The notes: a model not told the origin generated them from the sequence alone. Shown: positions 17,108 to 24,055, numbered from the stretch's first letter. The stretch is 32,000 nucleotides of DNA from Candidatus Saccharimonadota bacterium (GCA_017609205.1 JAFCEL010000001.1:30001-62000); one strand, 5' to 3'. Numbers and translations: made by a program.

Positions 17108-17653
17108 ATGCACATTAAGAAAGTTAAAACAGCGATTAAAATAGGGGATTTTATTTTAAGGCAAAATCATAGAAATAAAATAGACATAAAATATTTGCCT
17201 AACATTAGCAAAGATGTTCTTAATGATGATGTAGCAAGGATTTATCTTTTTGTTGTTGATGGAATTATTAAAAAAATTGGTGGCTCGTCTGGGAAGGGGG
17301 GCATAAAAAACACTATGAATTTTTATGTTTCTGCTATGACAGGAAGTCCAGGAGTTCCAAGATTTGTTATTCATTTACTAATTGCAGAAGCATTAGAAAA
17401 AGGTAAGAAAGTAGAATTATATATGATAACTTCTCCAAAAGTTTTAGCGACAGTTAATGGATTATTTGGTTCTAAAAAGGTAGAAATAGCAAGTTTTAAA
17501 GAAATGGAAGATTTTTGTAAGTCAGATTATTATTCTATTGAACATCGTTATCCTGATTGGAATTTCCAGGAAAATCACGAACCTTATCCTGTGGAATTAG
17601 CACAAAAACACAATGAATATCATAAGAACAGGTTAAAGAACAAGAAGAAATAA
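17108..17653 (+). CDS. Hypothetical 181-aa protein; candidate small restriction endonuclease (weak GIY-YIG-like pattern)
   Basis: It is convergent with the MTase with zero intergenic bases (stop at 17651-17653, MTase stop at 17654-17656). The segment RIYLFVVDGIIKKIGGS resembles GIY...YIG, with later FKEMEDF and DWN as possible catalytic Glu and Asn. The functional call is speculative. Confidence 0.35.
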   Translation: MHIKKVKTAIKIGDFILRQNHRNKIDIKYLPNISKDVLNDDVARIYLFVVDGIIKKIGGSSGKGGIKNTMNFYVSAMTGSPGVPRFVIHLLIAEALEKGKKVELYMITSPKVLATVNGLFGSKKVEIASFKEMEDFCKSDYYSIEHRYPDWNFQENHEPYPVELAQKHNEYHKNRLKNKKK

Positions 17654-18700
17654 TTATTTTTTTGGAGGACAGAAAATTAAAATTTCATGAGAACTCTTGA
17701 TATTTCTGTTAGTTCTGTTTTCTATTCTATTTTTTCCTATTCTTGTTTCTCCCTGCCCCATAGTATATTGCCACGAAGGAAAAAATTGCTGGAAATCTTT
17801 GTAATACTTTCTAATTGTTGGACAATTATTATAAGATAAAATAAACCCCCCTTTATGTTTTTTTAATAAATCTCTTAATTCTTCATGAGGAAAGCCATTG
17901 TGATGAACAGGAATATTTCTCATTGGATAAATCCCTTTAAACATTTTTGAATCAGGTCCAATATAATAAGGGGGGTCTAAATACATAAAATCATTAGGAT
18001 ATTTTTTCATAACTTCTCTAAAATCTGCCTGTTCAACTTTAAGATTTTTTGGATTAAAATCTCTTATTTTTTCAATCATTCTTTTATATCTTTTTTTATC
18101 AAGATAGATTTTTGAACTCCACCCCATAAATCCAGGTCCATAAGATAAATTAAAATTATAAACAAAATAAACAGCAAGAGTTAGGGGGTCTAATTTAATT
18201 TCTTTTTTCCAAACTTTATTTAATATCTTTCTTATTCTTTCAAATTTTTCTTTTGTTGGTTTTAACTTCTTTAATTCCTCATAAAGAAGTTTTGGATTTT
18301 CTATTTGAAATTTCCAATAATTACATAGAATATCAAAAATATCAAAACCAATAACTTCTAAATCCAAATATTTACTCATAGTAATTTCAACAGAACCGCC
18401 CCCAAAAAATGGAGAAACTACTCTTTTAACATCATTAGGCAATAATTCTAAAATATGCCCCACTGCCAAACTCTTCCCTCCTGCATAACGAATAGGAGAA
18501 ACAGGAACTCTTTTGTATTTATTCATACTTTTTGGATAAGTTTTACTAAGTATGGATTTTAGAAATGCTTCTTTTTTTTCTTTTAATTCAATTTCTTTTT
18601 TTGTTAAATCTAATTGTTTTTCCATTTCCTCTTTAAATCTGTCTCTTTTTACTTTTTTAATAATATTCTTCATTTTATAAACTTTGGTTTGAAAGTTCAA
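17654..18700 (-). CDS. Dam-family (D12 class) N6-adenine DNA methyltransferase
   Basis: It has YAGGKS, SAM motif I SPFFGGGSVE, and catalytic motif IV DPPYY in the alpha-group order. The more likely start is ATG 18671-18673 (MKNIIKK), 1 nt after the transposase stop. The 18700 start would overlap the transposase by 26 nt. Confidence 0.88.
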   Translation of the reverse strand: MNFQTKVYKMKNIIKKVKRDRFKEEMEKQLDLTKKEIELKEKKEAFLKSILSKTYPKSMNKYKRVPVSPIRYAGGKSLAVGHILELLPNDVKRVVSPFFGGGSVEITMSKYLDLEVIGFDIFDILCNYWKFQIENPKLLYEELKKLKPTKEKFERIRKILNKVWKKEIKLDPLTLAVYFVYNFNLSYGPGFMGWSSKIYLDKKRYKRMIEKIRDFNPKNLKVEQADFREVMKKYPNDFMYLDPPYYIGPDSKMFKGIYPMRNIPVHHNGFPHEELRDLLKKHKGGFILSYNNCPTIRKYYKDFQQFFPSWQYTMGQGETRIGKNRIENRTNRNIKSSHEILIFCPPKK

Positions 18701-19613
18701 TAAGTGCTAACCACTTATTAGGATTGTTTAATTTTTCTTTAAGTTCAGGACAAGCCAGTTCATAAGGACATCTTTTAAGAGTCTGGTGTTTAGTGATAAA
18801 ATTGTAATAAATTTCTAAACCCTTCATAATTGCTTTTGCAGAATCAACAGAGCCGTGAAATCCTCTAAAAGTTTTTGTTCTTTGTCTGATATTATTATGT
18901 AACCTTTCAATCATAATATTGAATCCTTCTCCTCTTGAAGCATTAACTTGATTATGATAAACATTAACTCTATGTGTTTTATTTGAAAATCCATAAACTT
19001 TCTTAATAGCATTAGGATAAGCAAGAAGTCCGTCAGAAGTTATAATCTTAACCTGTTCGCCTGTTTTTTGTTTTGCTTTTTTCAATACAGATTTTAATTC
19101 TTTTTGCTCCCTCGCTTTAACATATTCAGCAGAAACTATAAATCTTGTTTTGCTGTCTATTATATCAATAAACCAATTTTTATCAACACCTCTTTTAGTA
19201 TGATACTTTCTCCTATGATATTCCATTTCGTCAATTTGTATTTCTTCTCCAACCTGAAGTTTAAGTTTGTCTGTGAATTGAGAAATGATTTTTGAGTATT
19301 TTACAATCCATTTGTAAATAGATTTATGTGAAGCATTATGAGGATAAAATGCTCTTAAATGCTCTTGAACTTTTCTTGTAGAAACTCCTCTATAAAATAA
19401 GTCAATAGAAAGAGTAATTTTTTTAGGATTATTTCTCATTCTATAAAATGCAGTTCTTTTTATGAATTTCTTATTGCAAGATTTACAAAAATATCTTTGT
19501 TGCTTTCCATGAGCTTTTGTTTCAAATGTTCCGCGTTTAACTATTTCTTTGCTTTTGCAATGAGGACACGAAATATTTTTATAGTTCTTTTGCTTATTAC
19601 TTTTGTATTTCAT
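18675..19613 (-). CDS. DDE transposase with N-terminal zinc ribbon (IS6/IS240-like by motif layout)
   Basis: It has a zinc ribbon (CPHC...18 aa...CKSC) and a DDE-like triad: QIDEMEY, IITSDGLLAYPNAI, NIMIERLHNNIRQRTKTFRGFHG. The C-terminal pattern FRGF..S...A...L.G.E..YNF resembles IS6-family ends. The ATG at 19611-19613 is preferred over the TTG at 19661. Confidence 0.82.
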   Translation of the reverse strand: MKYKSNKQKNYKNISCPHCKSKEIVKRGTFETKAHGKQQRYFCKSCNKKFIKRTAFYRMRNNPKKITLSIDLFYRGVSTRKVQEHLRAFYPHNASHKSIYKWIVKYSKIISQFTDKLKLQVGEEIQIDEMEYHRRKYHTKRGVDKNWFIDIIDSKTRFIVSAEYVKAREQKELKSVLKKAKQKTGEQVKIITSDGLLAYPNAIKKVYGFSNKTHRVNVYHNQVNASRGEGFNIMIERLHNNIRQRTKTFRGFHGSVDSAKAIMKGLEIYYNFITKHQTLKRCPYELACPELKEKLNNPNKWLALIELSNQSL

Positions 19614-19639
19614 TTGATGTCGCAATTGGGTGGAATACG

Positions 19640-19655
19640 GGGAGCTTCGGCTCCC
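19640..19655 (-). other. GC-rich hairpin GGGAGC-CGAA-GCUCCC (mRNA sense) in the transposase leader
   Basis: It is a perfect 6-bp G/C-rich stem with a 4-nt loop in otherwise very AT-rich DNA. It lies 15 nt downstream of the in-frame TGA at 19671-19673 and about 26 nt upstream of the ATG at 19613. Confidence 0.5.
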
Positions 19656-19670
19656 ATTCAATTTATTTCT

Positions 19671-19781
19671 TCATATATAAGCAGATGTTCCGAATGGTTT
19701 TACTTCAGCCTGGATAACTTCCTCTATTCCTAACTTATCTAACTTCCCTTTAACTTCTTTTTTATTATCTTCATTTTTCAT
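19671..19781 (-). CDS. 36-aa ORF MKNEDNKKEVKGKLDKLGIEEVIQAEVKPFGTSAYI, AbrB/SpoVT-like fragment upstream of the transposase
   Basis: It is ATG-initiated and in the same frame as the transposase ORF, separated from it by a single TGA. From memory, the V-K-P-F-G-x-S strand motif resembles small archaeal transposon-associated AbrB-like proteins (DUF2080-type). The ORF appears truncated. Confidence 0.3.
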   Translation of the reverse strand: MKNEDNKKEVKGKLDKLGIEEVIQAEVKPFGTSAYI

Positions 19782-19823
19782 ATATATAATAGATATATGA
19801 ACTATTTAAATCTTTCGATTATA

Positions 19824-19857
19824 GTAATTTACTATATATTTATAAAGGTAATTTACT
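19824..19857. promoter_or_regulatory. Two direct GTAATTTACT repeats (19824-19833, 19848-19857) in the divergent promoter region; candidate RHH operator
   Basis: Exact 10-mers lie 24 bp apart, between the divergent transposase-leader ORF and the RHH gene, and overlap TATA-like TATATATTTATAAAG. Confidence 0.4.
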
Positions 19858-19874
19858 TTTATACCTATAAGAAA

Positions 19875-20045
19875 ATGCCTGCTAAAAATCCATTTGGTTT
19901 CAGTTTGCCTGATAAAGAAGCAGATTTATTAAGAAAAGCCATAAAAAAATATAAGAAATTTAATATTTCACAAACAGAACTAATAAGAAAAATTATATGC
20001 TCTTGGCTTTTTGCCAATAGACTTCAAATAGAAAATTCAAAATGA
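19875..20045 (+). CDS. Ribbon-helix-helix (CopG/Arc-like) DNA-binding protein, 56 aa
   Basis: MPAKNPFGFSLPDKEADLLRKAIKKYKKFNISQTELIRKIICSWL shows a beta-strand/helix/helix pattern typical of RHH proteins. The internal ATG at 19875 is preferred over 19797, whose N-terminus is low-complexity promoter sequence. Confidence 0.55.
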   Translation: MPAKNPFGFSLPDKEADLLRKAIKKYKKFNISQTELIRKIICSWLFANRLQIENSK

Positions 20046-20233
20046 AAATAAATATATCCCCTGATGATATGATGAATGGGCAAATTGAATTAAGTCGTTC
20101 TTTAGTTAGTGATGCACTTTTGAATTCGCAAGAAAGCATCAAAGCCAAAAAATTATTTATGGCTTATAAGATTATTGAACAAGTTTTAAGAAATTTGGGA
20201 ATAGACCCGCAGAATTTAAAGAAAGAAAAATAA
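20042..20233 (+). CDS. Hypothetical 63-aa helical protein, translationally coupled to the RHH gene
   Basis: A 4-nt ATGA overlap with the RHH gene stop indicates an operon. No motif was recognised. Confidence 0.5.
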   Translation: MKINISPDDMMNGQIELSRSLVSDALLNSQESIKAKKLFMAYKIIEQVLRNLGIDPQNLKKEK

Positions 20234-20274
20234 ATTTTCCTGCGGGCTTTTGAGGTTAAATTAAGATTAACCTC
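20206..20274. terminator. Two hairpins between convergent genes (CCCGCAG/CTGCGGG 20206-20246; GAGGTTAA/TTAACCTC 20252-20274)
   Basis: A 7-bp stem and an 8-bp perfect stem lie between and overlap the 3' ends of the convergent ORFs 20042-20233 (+) and 20267-20524 (-). Confidence 0.4.
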
Positions 20275-20524
20275 TTATCGTGTTTGCTCTTTCAGTAGCA
20301 TAAGCAATTCTTGAAATAAATTGAGCTACTGCTTTCTGAGATGATGCAATTAAACTCAAAGAACTTTCTATTCTTTTTTGAGTTTCCAAGATTTGTCTAT
20401 TGGTTTCTGCAATCTCCTTAATTGGATTTGTTAATGCTTTCGTTGCAGACAAAATTCCAAAAATTGAGATTTTATCATCTATTTCACGCTTCTTTTTCTC
20501 ACGCTCTTCAGATTTTTTTACCAA
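20267..20524 (-). CDS. Hypothetical 85-aa coiled-coil protein
   Basis: Intact ATG ORF inside the island. No motif was recognised. Confidence 0.5.
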   Translation of the reverse strand: MVKKSEEREKKKREIDDKISIFGILSATKALTNPIKEIAETNRQILETQKRIESSLSLIASSQKAVAQFISRIAYATERANTIRG

Positions 20525-20760
20525 TTCATTCTCCTGACTTTCGTCTTAATTTAGTCTTGCTTCGCAGTGATAACATAACTTTATAAGTATCTTACACCTC
20601 TCTCTTTTGTGTAAAAAGGTGGGTGCATAACTTATTCTATTAGTTATACTTGCAGGTTGCATTTACCTATCAAGTAACGCCTTGACTATTATCCAATTTA
20701 TTCAGAATAGATTTAATCTTCTCCTGATATTGGCTAACAACAGCAACAAAATATCAAATT

Positions 20761-20875
20761 TTGCTTATGCCTATATAAATATTATTTATATGCCTCTTTT
20801 AAATGTTTAGTGCTATTCAAAAGTTATAACAGAATTAAAAAATGATAGGGGTTAGAAGCAAATTGGCATAAGCAA
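20761..20875. repeat. 11-bp inverted repeat TTGCTTATGCC (20761-20771) / GGCATAAGCAA (20865-20875) inside the island's non-coding region
   Basis: The arms are exactly complementary and 93 nt apart. The right arm sits in the loop of a second hairpin, GGGGTT...AACCCC (about 20848-20882). Confidence 0.5.
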
Positions 20876-20942
20876 CAACCCCCTCATATAGTAATCTAAT
20901 AAAATATCTTTTAAAAACTTAATTATTGTTAATTGTTTCAAT

Positions 20943-20960
20943 AAGACCAATTAAGGTAAC
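20943..20960. repeat. Right terminal inverted repeat AAGACCAATTAAGGTAAC
   Basis: Perfect reverse complement of 17052-17069. Confidence 0.8.
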
Positions 20961-20966
20961 AATGCA

Positions 20967-20977
20967 CGGCGTTAGTT
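20967..20977. repeat. Right copy of the 11-bp direct repeat CGGCGTTAGTT
   Basis: Identical to 17037-17047. It overlaps the rpl10e stop codon (20976-20978) by 2 nt. Confidence 0.65.
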
Positions 20978-21515
20978 AATTTATTTTTTCTTCAATTATC
21001 TTTATCTTGCATGGCAATTTGGATTGGACTTGCTTAATAAGTTTTCTTACAAATAAAACTGCTTTTGGGTTTGGAACAGCTAAAAAAAAGATTTTGCCTC
21101 CTTTCTTGAGTATAGCTGCTTTTCCAACAGATTTTCCAAAAGCCAACTGCATCCCTGTTTGCATTCTATCAGCACCTGCGCCAGTGAGCATTTTATTTTC
21201 TCTCTGAATATGGTGTGGAAAAGGCACAACTTTGAAAAGATATTGTCCTGACAATTCCTTGTCTAATTTTTTATTAATATACTGGCGACATGCTTCGAGT
21301 GCATTATGTCTAATCTGGACTTTCTCGTTGGACACAACAGTTAACCCATGAGGAAGTTTTCCCTGTTGATAAAGACTTTCCTTACCCATTACGAATTTTA
21401 CAATCTTCTGATGGGGGACTGTTTTAATGTAAGATCTACTTTTCTTCTTAGACACCCTTGTAAATGGAACAACTTTCTTTTTTGAGTATGCTGATGCTTT
21501 TCTTAATGATGCCAT
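20976..21515 (-). CDS. rpl10e: 50S ribosomal protein L10e (uL16)
   Basis: 179 aa. It has a basic N-terminus (RKASAYSKKK...) and the GAGADRMQTGMQLAFGK block typical of L10e/uL16. Confidence 0.92.
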   Translation of the reverse strand: MASLRKASAYSKKKVVPFTRVSKKKSRSYIKTVPHQKIVKFVMGKESLYQQGKLPHGLTVVSNEKVQIRHNALEACRQYINKKLDKELSGQYLFKVVPFPHHIQRENKMLTGAGADRMQTGMQLAFGKSVGKAAILKKGGKIFFLAVPNPKAVLFVRKLIKQVQSKLPCKIKIIEEKIN

Positions 21516-21516
21516 T

Positions 21517-21777
21517 TTATTTTATTACTACCTCTGTTGTTACAGCTTGTCCAGGTAATCCTTTCTCGAAAATTGCCCGAACAATACCTTTATTTCCATG
21601 AGCGCCAGAAATTTTTCCTTTGATTATTTTTCCAGCAGGACTTTTCCATTCGACTTCTTTTCCTACAAATTTTTCAGCATCCTTTCGGTTTTCAACTTTT
21701 GGAATCTCGATTAAGAAATGCCTTTTGTGAATTGTATGTCTTCCGCGTCGAAATTGAATTACTCTTCCTGTTGTCAT
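21517..21777 (-). CDS. rpl35ae: 50S ribosomal protein L35Ae (eL33)
   Basis: 86 aa. The pattern GKISGAHGNKGIVRAIFEKGLPGQA is characteristic of L35Ae. It is separated from rpl10e by 1 nt. Confidence 0.9.
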   Translation of the reverse strand: MTTGRVIQFRRGRHTIHKRHFLIEIPKVENRKDAEKFVGKEVEWKSPAGKIIKGKISGAHGNKGIVRAIFEKGLPGQAVTTEVVIK

Positions 21778-21830
21778 AATTAATTTTAGAAGAAATGTGT
21801 TTTTAAAGATTATGTTAGGAAAAAATTGGC

Positions 21831-23405
21831 TTATCTTTTCTTGCTATTATTTTTCTCAGATAACTCACATCTTTGATTATATTCAATTAAATTATTTATT
21901 AGAATAGAAGCATTTTTTCTTGCTTCATTAACAGCGTGAGCATTTAGCTTCCCTCTTTTAAAATAAGTCCTTGCTTTTGCAATATCTTTTAGAATTCTTA
22001 AATCCTGTGGAGCAAATTTTCCTTTTTTGACAAAATTCTTTTCAAATTCATTAATAATTGCTGTTTGGGATTTTGCTTTTACAATTGTTTTTAATAATTC
22101 AAAAACATCCTTATAAATCTGGTCAATTGTTTTTTCATTATACCTTTTTTCAATTTGTTCTCTTAATTCTTTTAGCCTTTTAAGGTATCTCTCAGAATCC
22201 TTAATTAAAGAATCAATTTCTGCACCAGTTATTTTGTATTTTGCATCGTGTTCGTATTTTTTGAATTCTTTAACAACTTTATCAAGAATAGTTATTTCTG
22301 ATTTTTTAAGCATTTTTTCTTTCTCTACAAAGATTTCTTCCATTAATCTGGGAGTTTCTTTATGTGTTGGGGGTGATGACCCATAGAGCATAATAAGTGC
22401 CTGAGAGGGTGTCAAAACCCCGTAATAGGCATCAATCATGGCGTCAATTAGTCTTCGTTTAATCATTTCTTTTGTCTTTTCCGCAGTTTTCATGAACATA
22501 TCAATTGATTCTGGAGAAGGTTTTAGTTTTCCCATTTTTAATAATGATTTCCATGGCATGAAAGTTCCCCTATCATGAATTGGAATTCCGTCGCGGATGA
22601 AGGTGAAAATAACAGGATTGGCGTCTTTAACAGAGTCCCAAAATTCAGTAAGGAGGTATGTCTGAATATGGAGTGTGTTTTTGACTCCGGCGAGCATAGC
22701 AGCTTCTGCAACAAATTGGTAGATCATTGCCCTCAACCTTTCCTTTAGCTCTAATCTTGGCATTCTTTTGACATCAGTATCGTTAATAACAATAAAAACA
22801 TCAACATCAGAAGTTTTTGTTGCTTCACCTCTTAGAAAACTTCCAGCAATAACATAACTTACTACGTATTTATCAAACTTCTGGAGAACTAATGACTTAT
22901 GAATTTCTGCAATCCTTAATGCTCCCAGGAATCCTTTATCATAAAGAGGAAAAGATACTGCAATCCCGCTGAGTAACTCAAATTTGGAATCAAGGCAAAT
23001 CTCCCAGATATCAACAGGTGTTCGAACCTGCAACCATATTTTTTGTTTAAGGCTCTTTTGCAAAATCTCAATTTGCTTTATTATTTCTCCTTTTATCTTT
23101 GGAATTTCTTTGAATTTTTTTTCTGGAACAACGACATATAGGTGAATAAACTTCTCTGTCTCCTTTGGAACTTCTTCTTCCTCGATAAAATGCTTAATTG
23201 TTTGCGGTGGAAGAATACTTATTGATTGAACAAAGGAAAATTGTTTTATAATAAAATTTTTTAATTTATCAATTTCTTTTTTTGTTTTATCCATTTCTTT
23301 TTGTATTTTATCAGGATTTTCAGGAACAGGAATTTTCTTATTGGAATATTTTGTATCAAGACTCCTTTCAAGAAGCTCATTTTCTCTGTCGTCCTTATTA
23401 GTCAT
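21831..23405 (-). CDS. Large (524 aa) Pol-beta-superfamily nucleotidyltransferase-domain protein with helical (HEPN-like?) C-terminal regions
   Basis: It has a minimal NTase signature, GSFLRGEATKTSDVDVFIVIND, at about aa 188-210. The flanks are long and helical and rich in Lys and Glu. An R-x5-H element (RGKLNAH) lies near the C-terminus. Confidence 0.65.
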   Translation of the reverse strand: MTNKDDRENELLERSLDTKYSNKKIPVPENPDKIQKEMDKTKKEIDKLKNFIIKQFSFVQSISILPPQTIKHFIEEEEVPKETEKFIHLYVVVPEKKFKEIPKIKGEIIKQIEILQKSLKQKIWLQVRTPVDIWEICLDSKFELLSGIAVSFPLYDKGFLGALRIAEIHKSLVLQKFDKYVVSYVIAGSFLRGEATKTSDVDVFIVINDTDVKRMPRLELKERLRAMIYQFVAEAAMLAGVKNTLHIQTYLLTEFWDSVKDANPVIFTFIRDGIPIHDRGTFMPWKSLLKMGKLKPSPESIDMFMKTAEKTKEMIKRRLIDAMIDAYYGVLTPSQALIMLYGSSPPTHKETPRLMEEIFVEKEKMLKKSEITILDKVVKEFKKYEHDAKYKITGAEIDSLIKDSERYLKRLKELREQIEKRYNEKTIDQIYKDVFELLKTIVKAKSQTAIINEFEKNFVKKGKFAPQDLRILKDIAKARTYFKRGKLNAHAVNEARKNASILINNLIEYNQRCELSEKNNSKKR

Positions 23406-23458
23406 AACAGAAAAAGAGAGCTGATTTTATAAAGATTACTACTTTCTGGAAAGAAATA

Positions 23459-23530
23459 TGCGCGGACCGGGACTCGAACCCGGGTCTCCTGATTGGCAAT
23501 CAGAAATTCTAACCACTAAACTATCCGCGC
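23459..23530 (-). tRNA. tRNA-Gly (anticodon GCC)
   Basis: The reverse complement folds as acceptor GCGCGGA/TCCGCGC, anticodon arm TCTGA-TTGCCAA-TCAGG, T arm CCGGGTTCGAGTCCCGG, discriminator A. Confidence 0.9.
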
Positions 23531-23600
23531 TGAAAACAAATAGTGTTTAGTTAATATAGTATAATTAGAATCCTTGATTTAAAAAATTAATCGAAATATA

Positions 23601-23672
23601 TGGTCCCACCAGGAGTCGAACCTGGATCTGCTCGGTGTAAACGAGACGTCTTAGCCGTTGGACTATGGGACC
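23601..23672 (-). tRNA. tRNA-Val (anticodon TAC)
   Basis: The reverse complement folds as acceptor GGTCCCA/TGGGACC, anticodon arm TCTCG-TTTACAC-CGAG, T arm CCAGGTTCGACTCCTGG, discriminator A. Confidence 0.88.
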
Positions 23673-23722
23673 ACAGTCTCAATTTATATTATTCTCAATC
23701 AATTAAAAAGCTTTCCATAGAA

Positions 23723-24055
23723 TTATTTTTCTTTAAGTTCTTTTTCAATGCTTCGCATTTCTTTTTTTATTCTTTTTCTTCTTTTTGCTCTGCTAAGCTT
23801 TGTAACAGACACCATTATTATGATAACAAAAATTGTGATAATTACTGCAGAAATGAAATTGTAAAGATATGCTTTCTCAAGGAGTCCCATTTGTTGAAGA
23901 TAATGGTCAAGTGCTCCTTTTATCGCATCTCTCCATACTAATGCAATTATAAAACCAAAACTCGCAATTACTGGTCCGCTGACATCGTTTCTTATTTCTT
24001 CTTTTATTGCATATAATTCTGCACGGATTTTTTTAAATGAATCACCTCTATTCAT
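23723..24055 (-). CDS. Small membrane protein (110 aa, two TM helices, basic C-terminal tail)
   Basis: It has two hydrophobic segments (VIASFGFIIALVW and FISAVIITIFVIIIMV). The antisense ORF 23600-23941 overlaps tRNA-Val and is rejected. Confidence 0.6.
   Translation of the reverse strand: MNRGDSFKKIRAELYAIKEEIRNDVSGPVIASFGFIIALVWRDAIKGALDHYLQQMGLLEKAYLYNFISAVIITIFVIIIMVSVTKLSRAKRRKRIKKEMRSIEKELKEK

Larger units (their letters stand above)
17048..20966. mobile_element. ~3.9 kb cargo-carrying transposon-like island (DDE transposase + m6A MTase + candidate REase + RHH operon)
   Basis: It is bounded by perfect 18-bp inverted repeats (17052-17069 and 20943-20960) and flanked by 11-bp direct repeats. 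It interrupts an otherwise co-directional housekeeping run (rpl35ae-rpl10e | dtdA-nuclease). It contains the only transposase in the window. Confidence 0.65.

Noticed and set aside
19671-19673. Genome-wide UGA reassignment (alternative genetic code) as the explanation for the in-frame TGA upstream of the transposase
   Set aside because: Several well-supported host genes terminate at TGA at the expected protein length, including EF-2 at 3173-3175, nfo at 7869-7871 and the ORF ending at 30396. Trp is encoded by TGG.
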